A stretch of 64,000 nucleotides of DNA from the human T2T-CHM13v2.0 reference genome, Homo sapiens. The stretch is from NCBI RefSeq assembly GCF_009914755.1, contig NC_060939.1, one strand, 5' to 3'. Under the pieces are notes generated by a model. The model was not told the origin of the DNA. It saw nothing but the letters and a program-made list of their open reading frames with translations, and made no database searches. Positions 29,801 through 47,447 of the stretch are shown here, in pieces (position 1 is the stretch's first letter; each line of letters opens with the position of its first letter). The position numbers and the translations under genes were made by a program.

Positions 29801-32044
29801 TTCTACCCACTATTCCACTCAATAAGCCTAAACTCTAGATTGCACTTGTAATAAGAGATGAGGACCTATCTCTTGTCTCTGTACTTCATGGACAACGTAA
29901 GGGATCTTTGAGAGTCATTTGAACTGTATCTGATCTTTTGCTTTAAGGGCTGTCTTTAAAATCTAAACGTCATGTGGAATGTAACATCTCTTTACCCAGA
30001 ACTGGTGAGGAATGGGGGAGATGGACTTTCTCACTCACAGCTGGTGGGAAATAGAAGCTGATAGAAGCTTTCTTGATGATAATTTGGCAATGCAATGCGT
30101 GAAGTTCAACAGCCTGGGAGGTGTTTGAGAACTGTAGCTTGTTCAACAGGCATGGGGACAGACTGTTGGCAGAGCTGAATAACAACTTAGTGAAGCATTT
30201 CAAGAAATTAGGCTTGCTAGTTGGCCACATTTAACCATTTTCTTATTATGCATCTCAATAGAGATATAGGTCTATAAACCAGCGTTTCTTCAGGGAGTCC
30301 TGAGAATCTGGGTGGTCTTTGATAGTCTTTAAAGGGTTCTCCAGGTCTTTTCATGGTTTCAGAGGGAAAAAGGCTTAAAGAAATTCTGTTTATATATGTT
30401 TGAAATGTGAACTTCATTATGATCTTCTAGAAATCTATAGTGCTAATAACCATTACATTCTTAAATGTTGGTTATGCACTAGTAAAATTGCATTTGTTAC
30501 TCTGTCTTGACTAATTTCAGATAATCAGTGTACTTAACATTGGTTAAAACCTTTTTCTGTCTCCTTTGGGTTATAATTTTATTTGTTAAATTTGAATTTA
30601 TTGTTGTTACTATATTGTTGTATCATATTCTCAATGAACTGAAAGGATCAATAATTCAGAAGTCACTGACTGAAGTATGTGAGTAGTGATAACACAATTC
30701 AAAATAATGTGTAAAACATGAATTGTGGGCTGCTCCAGGGGACTGCTCCAGTGCAAATTGTGGGCTGCTCTGTGAATTCACATTCAAAAAGATGTGAATC
30801 TCTGTGTGCTGAGACACCTGTATTTGCAAGTGCGATGGCTTTTCATACACAGTCAAGAAAGAAAAAAGGGAGTAGGAAGAACTACGATGAATCTGAAAAT
30901 TAGATTTTATTGAGCCAGCCAGCTATTCATTCTCAATTCTAAGTGTTTTTTCTGATATGGAACTGCCAAATCGTGGCATGAAACCACCACATTAAAAAAA
31001 AAATTCTCTCTAAATACAGCCACTTCTCTAGTAAATAAATTTATATTTTCCATAATAAGCACAAAATAATGTTTTCTAGCATGAAATTGATGAACATTGT
31101 TGCTAAAGGCAAACAAGAGACCAAAACTACAGAAGCATCCTTCAAAGTCACACTCCTTATAGCATAAAAAGGAAAGAGTGTTACTCCTGAGAAGCTTAGG
31201 AAATGACACCCAATATAACATATATTACACTTAGAGAAAGAAGACAAGCTATTGGTGAAATTCCTTTATCAAATGAGACAGATGGACATAGCATAACAAC
31301 AGTGGCTTACAATGTGGGAGAGCAATTACTCTCCCATATACAGGCTCACGATTGGAAGAAACCAATGATACAGAGTGCATAAATCAGGTCCTGGAATATT
31401 ATGGTGCTTGTATAAGGCAGAAATGATGATTAGCTTTTGTTTTGTTGATCACAGAAAAAAATTCATGTACAGGAATTTAGGTAATGGCATTTTGTGAACT
31501 AAGATAAAACTGAAAAAGGCATATTTTGCTACATATTCATGAAACACCAGGCAGGTACTCAACAAGAAAAGGAATTTCCACATACACACTAAGAAGTCTT
31601 ATCTGAACACGAATCTACGGACTGATTTATTCAAAAAGGGCAATTGGGAGTGAACACTGTTCCTTCTGGTCATGACTTAGTGCTGAAGAAAATATTGACC
31701 TCTGTGAATATAAGCAAATTACACCATGTATGTATTTTTTCACTTTGGTATGCTAACAAGGCAGTAAGGTACAAGAATGCTTTAATACACTGGTATATGC
31801 TTCCTGTGAAAAAGAAATTATGCACCAAAGTTTTCGAAGGCCAGGGGTATAACTTAAAATATTCAAAGCTATGTTGAAAAAGAAGAGTGCAGCCAGAAGA
31901 CTTATTCTACCTTACTTTGAAGCTTACAATAAAGCTTCAGTAATCAAGACAGTGTGGTGCTGGTATAAGAAAGAAATAGATCAGTGGGACAGACTAGAAA
32001 GCTCAGAAATAGATCCAAACTTATGCCATCAATTAATTGTTTAA

Positions 32045-34015
32045 CTTAATTGTATTGTAATAAAAAGTCTCCTTACATAAAGTCACCATTGTAAAGTGTG
32101 CAATTTTACAAAGCATATGGTTTTTGTAGTATACTGGCAATGTTGTGCCATCATCACCATTACCTAATTCCAGAACATTGTGAACACTCCAAAACGAAAC
32201 CCATAACTGTTAGCAGTCACTCCTCTACTCCTTACTCCCCAACCCCTGGCAACCACTAACTAGTTCTTAATCTCTATGGATTTGCCTATTCTGCATACTT
32301 CACATCAACCAAATCATATAATATGTAGACTTTTGTGTCTGGCTTCTTTTATTAGTGTAATGTTTACAACGTTCATTCATGTTGTACATGTGTCAGTATT
32401 TCTTCTGTCCCTTTTCATGGCTGAATACTATTCCATTGAATGGGTATATTACACTATATTTTGTTAATCCATTCATCTAGTGATGAACATTTGGGTGGTT
32501 TCCATTGTTGCAATATTATGAATAATGATGCTATGAACATTTGTGTACAAGTTCTATGTCAACATATGTTTTCAATTATCTTGGGTATATAACTAGGAGA
32601 GGAATTTCTAGGTCATACGGTAACGCAGTGTTCAACTTTTTGAGGAACTGCCAAACTGTTTTCCACAGCAGCTGCACCATTCTACATTCCCAGTGACAAT
32701 GTATGAGCGTTCCAATTTCTCCATATCCTTGCCCATAATTATTATTGGTAATTCCTCAAAGATCTAGAGTCAGAAATACCACTTGACCCAGCGATTCTAT
32801 TACTGGGTATATACCCAAATAAATATAAACAATTCTATTATAAAGATACCTGCACACATATGTTCATTGCAGCATTATTCACAACAGCATAGACATGGAA
32901 TCAACCCAAATGCCCACCAATGATAGACTGGATAAAGAAAATGTGGTACAGGTACACCATGGAGTACTATGCGACCATAAAAATGAATGAGATCATGTTC
33001 TTTGCAGGGACATGGATGGAGCTGGAAGCTGTTATCCTCAGCAAACTAATTCAGGAACAGATAAGCAAACACCTTGTGTTCTCACTTGTGAGTGAGAGCT
33101 GAACAATGAGAACACATGGATACGTGGGGGTGAACAACACACTGGGGCCTGTTGGGGGCTGGGGTGGGGGTAGGGGTGGAGAGAGGGAGAGCATTAAGAA
33201 TAGCTAAGGAATGCTGTGCTTATACCTAGGTGTTGGATTGATCTGTGCAGCAAACCACCAAGGCACATGTTTACCTATGTAACAAACCTGCACATCTGCA
33301 CATGCACCCCAGAACTTAAAAGAAAATTTGAAGGAAAAAAAATCTCAAGGAAAAAATATTATTGCTATAGCAATCGTAGTGGGTGTGAAGTAGTAGCATG
33401 GTTTTAATATGCATGTCCCTAATGGCTAACGATGTTGAGCATCTTTTCATCTGCCTATTGGCAATGTTTGTTGATCTATTCAAAGAACTAACTTTTGGTT
33501 TTATTGATTTTCTCTATTGTTTTTCTATTCTCTATTTTGTTTACCTTTAATCTTTCATTTCTTTCTCTTGCTTTGGGTGTAGTTTGCTCGTCTTTTTCTA
33601 TTTCCTTAAGGCAGAAGATTGGATTATTGATTTGAGATTTTTCTAATTTTAACGTAGGTTTTTATAGCTACAAATTTCCCTCTAAGCACTGTTTTCACTG
33701 TGTCCTGTATGTTTTGGTATGCTGTGATTTTGTTTTCATTTATCCCAAAGTGTTCTCTAACTTTTCTTGTGGTTTCTCTTCTGATCCATTAGTTATTTAG
33801 AACAATGTTGTTTAATTTCTGCATTTGTGAATTCTCTAATTTTTCTAACTTTATTCCATTATAATTGGAGAGCACACTTTGTATGATTTCAATGATTTAA
33901 ATCTATTAAGACTAGTTTTGTGACCTAACGTATGTTCTACTCTGGAAAATGATTCTCGTGCACTAGAGAAAAATGTGTGTTCTGCTCTTGTTGGATAAAG
34001 TGTTTTATAGATGTT
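32045..34015 (-). mobile_element. L1MB-like element, internally deleted, nested in L1M
   Basis: Minus-strand L1 3' UTR/ORF2 end, jumping at ~33465 to ORF2 endonuclease-proximal sequence (ORF 33851-34075 HTFFSSARESFSRVEHTLGHK). Confidence 0.7.
32745..33350 (+). mobile_element. L1PA/PB 3' end (truncated), nested
   Basis: ORF 32920-33102 MIDWIKKMWYRYTMEYY..., L1 3' UTR and A-rich tail; TATTATTG-like duplication at both flanks. Confidence 0.85.
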
Positions 34016-34611
34016 CAGTTGATTTTTGATCCAATAGAGAGAGCAAAGTCTTTTCAACAAATGGTTGTGGAACAACTATATATATCCACATGAGAAAAAA
34101 ATGAACTTTTACTTCTCCCTTATACTATGCACAAAAATTAATTCTAAGTGGATCATAGCCTTAATATAAAAACTAAGACATCCAGTTAGGTAGTAGATAA
34201 TATTTTTGCAAATTGGAGGTAGAAAAATTTTTCTAAGGTAAGACAGTACACAATAAACACAAAAGAAAATGATATATTAGAGTTCATTGCAATCAGGAAC
34301 TTTTGCACATCAATAGACACTGATAAGAAAATGAACAGACAAGACATGGACTAGGAGGAAATATTTATAAAATATATATCTAACAGAAAATGCATATTCA
34401 AGATACATAAACAATTCCTATGACCCAATATTAAAAGGACAAATAACTCAATATAAATCAAGTAAAATATTTGACAAATATTCTTCATAAGACATACAAA
34501 TAGCTATTGAACGCATGCAAATATACTCAACATCAACAGGTAAATGCAAACTAGAGCCATAATGACATTCTCATAGAACACTACATACCCACTACAGTGG
34601 CTAAAATTTTT

Positions 34612-35495
34612 TTTTGTCTTTTTTAAAAATTTTATTATTATTAAAGTTTTAGGGTACATGTGCACAATGTGCAGGTTTGTTACATATGTATACATGTGCC
34701 ATGTTGGTGTGCTGCACCCATTAACTCGTCATTTAGCATTAGGTATATCTCCTAATGCTATCTGTTCCCCCTCCCCCAACCCCACAACAGCCCCCGGAGT
34801 GTGATGTTCCCCTTTCTGTGTCCATGTGTTCTCATTGTTCAATTCCCACCAGTGAGTGAGAACATGCGGTGTTTGGTTTTTTGTCCTTGCGATAGTTTGC
34901 TGAGAATGATGGTTTCCAGTTTCATCCGTGTCCCTACAAAGGACATGAACTCATCATTTTTTATGGCTGCATAGTATTCCATGGTGTATATGTGCCACAT
35001 TTTCTTAATCCAGTCTATCGTTGTTGGACATTTGGATTGGTTCCAAGTCTTTGCTATTGTGAATAGTGCTGCAATAAACATACGTGTGCACGTGTCTTTA
35101 TAGCAGCATGATTTATAATCCTTTGGGTATATACCCAGTAATGGGATGGCTGGGTCAAATGGTATTTCTAGTTCTAGATCCCTGAGGAATCGCCACACTG
35201 ACTTCCACAATGGTTGAACTAGTTTACAGTCTCACCAACAGTGTAAAAGTGTTCCTATTTCTCCACATCCTCTCCAGCACCTGTTGTTTCCTGACTTTTT
35301 AATGATCGCCATTCTAACTGGTGTGAGATGGTATCTCATTGTGGTTTTGATTTGCATTTCTCTGATGGCCAGTGATGATGAGCATTTTTTCCATGTGTTT
35401 TTTGGCTGCATAAATGTCTTCTTTGGAGAAGTGTATGTTCATATCCTTCGCCCACTTTTTGATGGGGTTGTTTGTTTTTTCTTGTAAATTTGTTT
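34612..35495 (-). mobile_element. L1PA (PA4/PA5-like) 3' end, ~0.88 kb
   Basis: ORF 34839-35210 is the ORF2 C-terminus (WKSVWRFLRDLELEIPFDPAIPLLG...), followed by L1PA 3' UTR. Confidence 0.95.
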
Positions 35496-37061
35496 AAATA
35501 GACAACACCAAATGTTAGCAAAGATGTGAAGCCATTGAAACTCTCATATTGCTGATGACCTTTAAAGTGCTTCAATCATTTGGGGGAAAAGGTCTAGCAG
35601 TTTCTTATAAAAGTAAACATATGCTGACCTTATGACTCAGAGATTCCAATCATAGGTATTTAACCAGGAAAAAAAACATATCCACAAAAATACTTACACA
35701 AGAATGTTCATAACAGGATTATTTATAATAGCTACAAACTGGAAATGGCTCAGATATCCACCAACAGGAGAGTAATTAAGTAAACTATGGTATATCTATA
35801 CAAAGTAATACAGAACAGAAATGTAAAAGAATGGACTACTGACACAGCCAATGGGTTGGGCAAATCTTTAAAATGTTATGCTGTGTGAAAAAGGCCTTAC
35901 AGAAAATAATGCATACTGCATACTCTATTATTTCATTTATATGAAGTTCTAGAACAGGCAAAATTAATCTTTGGTTAAAAAAAAAGTCAGAACCTGATTG
36001 TCTCTGGGAGACAGATGTTGTGGGGATTGTCTGGGAAAAAATATGAGAGATCTTCCTGGAATGATGGTACGTCTCTCTATATTAGTAGGAGTTTGGGTAA
36101 CATAAGTGTTTGTTTAGATCTGTCAAAACTCATAGAACAGTACATTTGAGATTTATGCATTCATTGTGTGTACATTCTATTTTTCACAAGGAACTATAAA
36201 AAATTTTGAACTCTAGTTAATGCATGCTTCAATTTACTTGAAAATGTATCAAAATAAAATGAATTGGTGGATGGATAGGAGTATGGAAAGAGTGATAAAT
36301 GTATAAGGCAAATGTAGTAAATATTAACTGTAGAATCTAGGTAGTTATGAGTGTTCACAGTACAATTCTTTCAACTTTTCTGTGTGTTGGAAAATTTCAT
36401 AAAAACATGTTAAAAAACAAGGGTCTGATAAAAATAATAAAATCATGGCTCTCATAATTCTTGTGAAGACCATTTCCATGATTTTAGGAGTCTAACCATC
36501 TGTTGTTTCTTAGTGTAAGTGTTTTAAATAATATAAGACTATTATTTCAGTTTTTAAAAATTTTTTTTAGTGTTGAGGATAAAGTGTTAGGATCCCTTAC
36601 AAAGACCAAAGTGTGGTGCAAATAACATAACTACCAAGAATATTATGTTTTCCATCACTTGATTTTATACATTCATCAGAAAATGAGAACTATAAGGACA
36701 TGCAGAAATACTTTCCAAAATCAAATGCAATAATGTAATAAGAGCAAAATTGAGAATCCATTTGCTGCTATCTCTCAAGTTGAAATATTCAACCTTCTGG
36801 CTTTCGAATACGATATGCTCATTGATTTAGCATCTGACTGAATCATGAAAGTAGTCTTCACCAGAAAATCCCTTCATAATTTCTATGTCCATATTCAATC
36901 TAGAACCATTTGTCAGAGTCACCAAAAACTTGCTGCCATTCCTGACAATCTGTGACTGTAAATTTGTATTTTCTAATATAGTGACTATAAAGAGCAAAGA
37001 GAGAAATTGACTGGATACAGAACATGGCCTGTGGCTCAACTTATCTGTCAGATAGTAAAAC

Positions 37062-37700
37062 AGTCTTAGCCCAGGTTCCCTAGAAGACAGAGCCTAAGGC
37101 AAAGATTACCTGTGAACACTTTATTGGTAGGTGCAATCTCAGGCAAGGAAGAGTTAGGGAAAAGGAGAATTGATTAAGGGAAGGGGGGAGATCAAATGCA
37201 AGATAGTGCATTATTGAGGTGGTCAAATTCCATACCAAATACAGCTCAGTCACTGATTCTTACAGAGATGTCATCATTGAGACCATACGTTACGTGTTCC
37301 AGAATAACCCTTGGGAAGGGGTGAGTTGGGGAGAGGGATGGAAGTGGGACACAGGTTGACACGTTTATCTTCTGGTTCCCTTTGCCTCTCCTATTCCAGT
37401 GTTTGAAGTCCACCTGAGGCCCTGCTCTCTGTTCATCACCCGGCCCTTCTGGACACCCATGGAGACTCCAGAATACCGAAGGGTCCACTCCAGCCAGTGC
37501 ACAGGTGTGGAGTCCTCTCCTTGTCAGCTGACACCACAGACAGCTGCTGCTTAATGCAGACTTGGTGGCAGTAGCTAACTTTTAGAATCTTGGGAATAGA
37601 GTGAGCTGTAGTTAGAGCATCTTTGGCCAGGAGGTAAGACATATGGCCATGATGAGAGGGACTGCGTAGTGCTGGGGAAAGTTCACAGTGGGCCTGGTAT
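37062..37700. mobile_element. ERVL-type LTR (LTR16-like)
   Basis: GTCTTAGCCCAGGTTCCCTAGAAGACAGAGCCTAAGGCAAAG...TTTATT terminus; interrupts the Charlie C-terminus. Confidence 0.55.
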
Positions 37701-37796
37701 GGATAAGTTGATGAAAGATTACAAACAATAAAAACTTGACATAAAGTTGACACATGAAATTATCATTAATGTTTTAGTTTAAATTTTAAATATTCT

Positions 37797-40410
<2,614 letters not shown>

Positions 40411-41982
40411 TTTTTTTTAATATTCTATTATAAATTTTTTATAAATCTTTAAAAATTTAACCTACAATTGTTGTCTTTATGTATGAAGAATACCATATAA
40501 GTGGTACTTGGTGGCCAAAAATTGGAGAAATGTAGGTATATATTGAAGTCCTTGTAGGTTCAGGTGAAAAAATTCATTAGTTCATGTAATTTATTATATT
40601 GTGAGCAAGACAAGACATTGTTCCACTATTTAGCCATATGTACTTTAGAATTGTATCAAGAAGGACAAAGCCAATAATAGTGACCAAAGTATTAAAACAA
40701 AGCATGTAATCTCGTCAATATACCGTAATAGGAAACTTCGTATCCATCAGTTTCACTCTGATACGTCCAGGGGTTAATTTTTACTTATCCTGAGTGCAAT
40801 TCAGTGGTTGTTTTTGGTTTCTTTGTTTGTTTGTTTCTATTTGGTAAATGAAGTCTTTCTTTATTTGCGTTAACATCTCAGCTAACATCTTTTCAACACT
40901 GCCTTTCTGCCATTCCAACTCTTATTTCTTGAACTTTACACCTATATTTCCCAGTCTGTTACCTGTGACTTCTAAATTCCTCCTTCCTATTTTCCTTCTT
41001 TTAATCTCTCATTCTGCAATTTAGATTCATTTTTTAGTATTATCTTTCTAGCCATTAATTCTCTTTTCAACTGTGTCAATCTGGTGTTTATTCTGCCTTG
41101 TGGGTTCTTCCATTCTTGAAAAGAATATATCTGTCATTTTCAGGATTTCTAGCTGGTGGCTTTACTAGTCCTCTAGAACTTCTTTACTATTTTTATAGTT
41201 GTTCTTGCTTCCTTTAACTATTTAAAGATGATTAATATATTTAGTTTGAAATGTTTTTCAGAATCCTCTATCATATCTATTTCCTCAAAGTTAAATTCTT
41301 TTGGACAGGAAGGCATCTTTCATATCTCAGTTTTCCTCATGAACTTCGACATTTTCCATGCAAGCTCATTCTGTGTGGGAGTTTTGTTATGTTTTTCTCT
41401 TTGCACTCAATCTTCTCTATCTAGATGTCATTTGGTTGATTTCATCAGGGCCCCCATGTTTGGGTCCCTAGTTCAGAAATGGGTCTTGTATTTGGAGTTC
41501 CTGAGCTCTTGTTCCATGGGACTATATCTTTAATCACCCAACCATTCAGCTTGATGCCATCCACAGACTCAGGCAGTAATTGAAACTTTTTTCAGCCTCT
41601 GTTCACTGAAAAACCTTATCCCAGAATGTTTCCCACAGTGTGAATCATGAGTCGGTATGTCTGATACCTTTTTCTTGGGAATGAACCCTTTGCTTCTATT
41701 CTGGAAGTCCAGTAGGACCAAAGTTTTAGGTCCCATTTGTCCTTGGATGTTTCTGGTCTACAGAAATATTTGCCATATCTTCAGTGATAAATGTTTTAAA
41801 ATTATTTTAATAGAAATATGTTATTAATCTTTTTTTGCATTTAAAATATGAGTGTGTATATTTGCACAGAGTTCTGTGACCAAACATCTCAATATATTGA
41901 GTGAAGTTCAAAAATATAATAAAGTGACATTATTCTGATACATGAATATGCTAGATTAATAGAAACATAATTTTTTAAACTC

Positions 41983-42278
<296 letters not shown>

Positions 42279-42879
42279 ATTAACTCTTTTAAAATATGCA
42301 TATTTTAAAAATAAGACGTTAACTTTTAAAATTAAACCCAAAGGCAGTTATTAAGGCATGTGAAAAAAAATTGGCCTTTGGGAAATGCATCACAGCGTTA
42401 CTTAAAAACAAACAAACAAAAAAGAAACAACTAAATGATCAAAAATAGAGGATTAATTAAATAGATTCTGCTACATGCACACAAGGAATCTTCATAGTCA
42501 TTAAATATAATTATATGGACGTATTTTTGACAAGAAAATATTTTTACCATCTATTAAGTGAAAAAACAGTTTATAAAACAATTTATTCAGCATAATCTCA
42601 TGTGTATTTACTGAAAGGGGATAGAGTAAAATATTGACAGTAGTAACCATGAGATGGTGGATATGTAGGTGATTTAAAATTTTTCTTTTCTTTATTTGCC
42701 TGTATTGCTTTCTTGTTATTTTCTGTTTAGCTAACTTTGAAGTTTCCCTTGTTAGATATTTTAATCTGTAAATTTTGATTTTCTTATCTCATAAATGGGA
42801 ATAACCACAGTAAGTTCCCCATATGATTATTATGGGAATTAAATGAGATAATTTATACACATCAAGCCTTCTAGCACAT

Positions 42880-44780
42880 CATCCAACCAAAAGATAAATG
42901 AGAAAGCTTTGTAAAAGGACTGATGATAAATATTTCATATGTTTAACTATAGATATAAGACAAGAATAGAGTACATAAGGGGTTAAAAATATTACATATT
43001 CTGATACAGTAAAAAGAATGTAACTAAAAAGTGACAGAAGAGAAGAAAAAGGGAGACTGTAGAATAAGATCACTGACTGTTCTATAGGTAATAGAGGGGA
43101 ATGAAATGGTTCCTTTAAACTGAGGGAGACATTAAGCAAGTAAAGAAGGAATTAAGGATGCTATAAAAATATTAATATAAATGTAACCACTAGAACAAAA
43201 AAAGAACCTTCTAAAATACTAAATTTTTTGAAAAGCAAAGAGGACACCCCAAATTGAGAAACAAAATCAGTAAATACAACATAATACACAGTACTTTCAG
43301 TATAAGCTAGGTCAAGTGGATAAAATATAGATAATGACATAAAATATCTAAACTACATGATCAATAGCGTAGATCTTTTGGAGATATATGTAATATTGTA
43401 CCCTGACAAGGATATGTTTTCTTCTCAAGTGTGGATGGAAATTTCAATACAGGTAATTGTATATACTAGGGCACAAAGTAGATTCCATAAAATAGAAATA
43501 TTGCAAACAACACTTACTAATCATAATGCAATTAAGTAAGAAATTAAAAAAAAATTCCTTTGGCTACAAACATAAGTTACAGAAATACTAAAAAAAAATT
43601 GAAAACACTACATATCATAATATCGTATACATTTAAAGCAGTGATCAGAGGAAAATTCACAGCCCTAAACATGTATATCAATGAAAATGTGAAAAAATAA
43701 AAATATGTATTAAATTCCCAATACTAAAAACCAGAAACAACAACAAAAGCAAGCACAAGAAAGGAGATCATAATGATAAAAGCAGAGCAGAACATCAGAA
43801 CAGAAAATCAGTAAGTCAAATTAAGAAATCAAAACCCTGATTCTTTGAAAAAAGTCAACAAAATAGCAAAATGAATAGACAGTCAGCTCAAGGGAAAAGG
43901 GAGAAAATGAAAATATATTAAGAAATGACAAGATGACTTAACTACTGATATAGAGGCCATTTAAAAAAATCATGAAAATGCTTTGCACACCTTCATGCAA
44001 GTAAATGTGAAAAACTAGAGGAAATATATACTAGGCAAGTATAATTTAGCAAACTGACCTCAGTGATCATAGAAAGCTTAAAAAGACCAATTTCCACAGA
44101 AGCAAGCAAGAAAAAGTTATCAAGGAACTATCCCCCAAAGAAGCACAAGCCCAGATATTTTTTGTAGGTAATTCTCCCAAACTTTTAGAAACTGGATAGC
44201 CTCAAAGCCCCATAGATTGTTTCAGTGTAGAAAATGAAGAACACTTTCAAATGGTTTTTGTGAAGCAAGTACAATATTGATAGCTAAATGTGATAAAGAT
44301 AGCACAAATAAATTACAGACAGTATCACTTGTAAATATTGATTAAAAACTTTTGAACAAAATATGCAAAAGACTCCTACACTCCATTAAGAAAATAATAT
44401 ATCATAACTTATTGTGGTTTATACCAGGAATGCAAGGATAGTTCAATACTAGAAAAGTTGTTAATATAATTCACCATATTAATAGCTCTAAAAAGAAAAA
44501 CAATATAATTATCTCCATAGTTTTTTTTTTTTTTTATTTTAGAGACAGGGTCTCACTGTGTTGCCCCAGCTGGAGTGCAGTGGCTATTCACAGACATGAT
44601 CATTGTACATTGCAACCTTAAATTCTTGGCCTTAAGTGATACTACTGCCTCAGCCTTCTGAGTAGCTGAGATTCCAGGCATGTACTACTGCACCTTCCAT
44701 AGATTTTGAAAAACATTTGATATAATTAAACACTTATTTCTAATAAAAAAATCTTGAGAAAATAAGAATGAGTAGTTCCT
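42880..44780 (+). mobile_element. Old L1ME-like ORF2 fragments
   Basis: A-rich decayed ORF2 motifs (GGAAAATTCACAGCCCTAAA; GGTTTATACCAGGAATGCAAGGATAGTTCAA). Confidence 0.7.
44521..44695 (-). mobile_element. FAM (fossil Alu monomer) nested in L1
   Basis: Monomer containing 7SL-like GTGGCTATTCACAG; TCCATAG duplicated at the flanks. Confidence 0.8.
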
Positions 44781-44781
44781 C

Positions 44782-44784
<3 letters not shown>

Positions 44785-44820
<36 letters not shown>
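44785..44820. repeat. (GT)18 microsatellite
   Basis: Perfect GT dinucleotide run. Confidence 0.97.
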
Positions 44821-44821
<1 letters not shown>

Positions 44822-47289
44822 GTACTTAAGACTATTTGCACATTTCACTACTGAAATATCACTGGGGTTGATTATGAGGTATTGCTTCAGACACTGCTGA
44901 GAGTTTTGCCTGATAAATAGCATACTTATCATATGACCTTTCTAAGATCAAAATTCCAAGATATAATTGGCCCAAGAGTTCTGGATAATGGATAGTGGAT
45001 TTCTTCTGCTGCTGCTATCAGCATTACTACTAGTTCTACCATGTAACCCCCCAAATAGGGCCAAGCAGAGAAAGGGAGAATAATACATTGCAACATACTT
45101 GATAATAAAGAATTGGAGACAACAAAAATTTGCAATACAAAATAGATGGAATAAATGAAATATTTGTCATCATTTGTGATGACTCTGTAGCAACATGAAA
45201 AAAATTACTTCTACCATATTGTTAAACAGAAGAAAAAATAGAATATAAAAATTTTAATTAGGTTAGAATTTAAAACAGTACTATCTTTAGTAATACGAAT
45301 GATATGGACTGAGGTGGCATATAGAAAAGTAAAAATGAGTGACTTGCGGAAATGGTAAAATTTTAGGTAATTATTTTCCTAATTCAATTTTCTGCATGTT
45401 ATAAAACTGTTTAGGAATTAGTTAGAATGATACTGAATTCAAGTTTGTCTAAGTATTGCCAAGGACATTGTCCTTGATTTGTTCTTTACACATGATATGA
45501 ATGTATCCAATTATTACATGTACCCCCAAAATATGTACATCTATTATGTATCAATAAAAATAATACATATTTTTTAGTTATATATAATTTAGTAATCTGA
45601 GAACCTTGTCCATTTGATACATAGAAGACTGATTCTATGTAAAATCATAAAAGAAGAGATTACCATGTCAAAACCTCCCTGTCTTCCTGGTCAGTCTTAT
45701 ACTTGCCCTCTCAGAAAAACGGGTTCGAGCACCAGGATTAGGCCCACCCCCACTTTTGTTGGACCTGGGGCAAGAATGTAAATAGAAGTCCATATATAAC
45801 ACATCTAAATATTTAAAGAGATTAATTATTTCACAAACAGTTAAATATGTTTTGACAGATAATGACAGAACTTAGAAACATGGAAATTCATGGTTTTTAT
45901 ACTGACTGATAACAAGAAAATTATTGAAGACACCTAAATTTAATTATTGCACATGTCTGGGTGATCTGTTGATGGGCTTTCAGTGCTTGGAAGAGTAACA
46001 AAATACTGACACATGTATATGTTTTACAAATTTTTATATATCAATTCCACAAAATTTATTTTTCTGGCTTGTATTTACCCCAAATCATTAATTATGGGTT
46101 ATAATCAAGATTTTGATTTAAATTGTGTTCTATGACAGTGATGATCTAAATGATTAAGAAATAAACTTATGTTCAATCATACAAAATGTGAAAACCTTTT
46201 ATCAAAACAAAAATGAAATTGATATAAAAATGGAAAAAACTAGCATCCAAACAAATCCTTCCCTAAAGTAGACCTCAGAATGGCAGTGCCTGTGTTGGTG
46301 GGCATCCTGATCTGCAGTGACTGGATAACATGTGCTTGCTCCTCTCAGTCTGTCAGAGGCACTGGGAGCCCAGTAATGTGGGCTGTAGACTTCCCTACTT
46401 AGTTTACATCAGCTGTCTTTGAAGTGTTTCTTACCAGCCCAAGAAAAGCATGAAATCAGTTTAGCAGAGAGAAATAAACAGATGGACAGAGTCATTTATT
46501 TTGAGGGGAACTCTGTGCTGTTTGAATTAAAGTAATGAGCACTTTAAGATGCAGTGAAGCTGTTTTTACATTTCATTTGAGTAATTCAAGATGTAAACAG
46601 AGCCTCATGGCGGATGAGCAATACCACACTTCTTCAGCTTCTGAATATTCTAATAAAGGATTGGGAAAGGAAACATCCTTCCTCTGAGAGGAGGTAATAA
46701 TAATGATGGTGATGCTGTCACCAACAGCATCTTCTTTTTGAGCACTGTCACGTGCAGGCCCTATGCAAGGCACTTTTATCTACATCATCTTTAATCCTCA
46801 CCACTATTCTACAAACGCCTGCTCAAAGATGAGGAAACTGAGTCTGACAAGTTAAGAAACTTATTAAGGGTACAGAGCTTGTAAGTGATGGAACTCGGAT
46901 CTGAACCCACTCCCCTGTGATTCTAAAACTCTTTGTCACTCTTTCTGCTACTCCACGGACTGAGGAAGGTCTGCTGTCTTCCATTCATCCACCGAAGCAT
47001 GGTTGCTTTGCTTGTATTTGAATTTAATTGCTTTCTTACTGATGCTCTATAGCTAAAGTAAGAAGCATAGCAGTGGTCTGCATTCTGGCCCAGACTTCAA
47101 CAGCTATTAGTTTGGGATATTCAGCAGGTTACTTGATGTCTCTGAGTTTCACTTTCTCCGTACTTAAAAGGGGGATAATGATACATTACCTACCAAGGGT
47201 AGTGAATGAAAAGGCATTTTTGGGGGGTAGGCTGGTTGCGAGGACAAAAGTATAGCAACGATGTAACAAGCTATTCACATAGTAGTAAT

Positions 47290-47447
47290 TATAGCATAGC
47301 ATAGTTTAGAATGGTACAATATAGTATACCATAGAATAGAATACAGTAGTACAGTTTTTTATTGAATAGACTAACATAGTATAGTATAGTATAGTACAGT
47401 ACAGTACAGTACAGTATAGTATAGTATAGTATAGTATAGTATAGTAT
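47290..47447. repeat. Compound (ATAGT/ACAGT)n pentanucleotide repeat
   Basis: Pure block at ~47376-47447; degenerate units upstream. Confidence 0.92.

Larger units (their letters stand above)
31875..36415 (+). mobile_element. Old L1M (ORF2 3' part to 3' end), interrupted twice
   Basis: CAGTAATCAAGACAGTGTGGTGCTGG... to ~32040, resumes at ~34016 (CAGTTGATTTTTGA...TTTTCAACAAATGGT), resumes at ~35496, ends ~36415. Confidence 0.75.

Noticed and set aside
45725-46300. Possible old hAT-Tip100-type DNA transposon fragment
   Set aside because: Resemblance too vague to assign a family or boundaries without a Dfam search.
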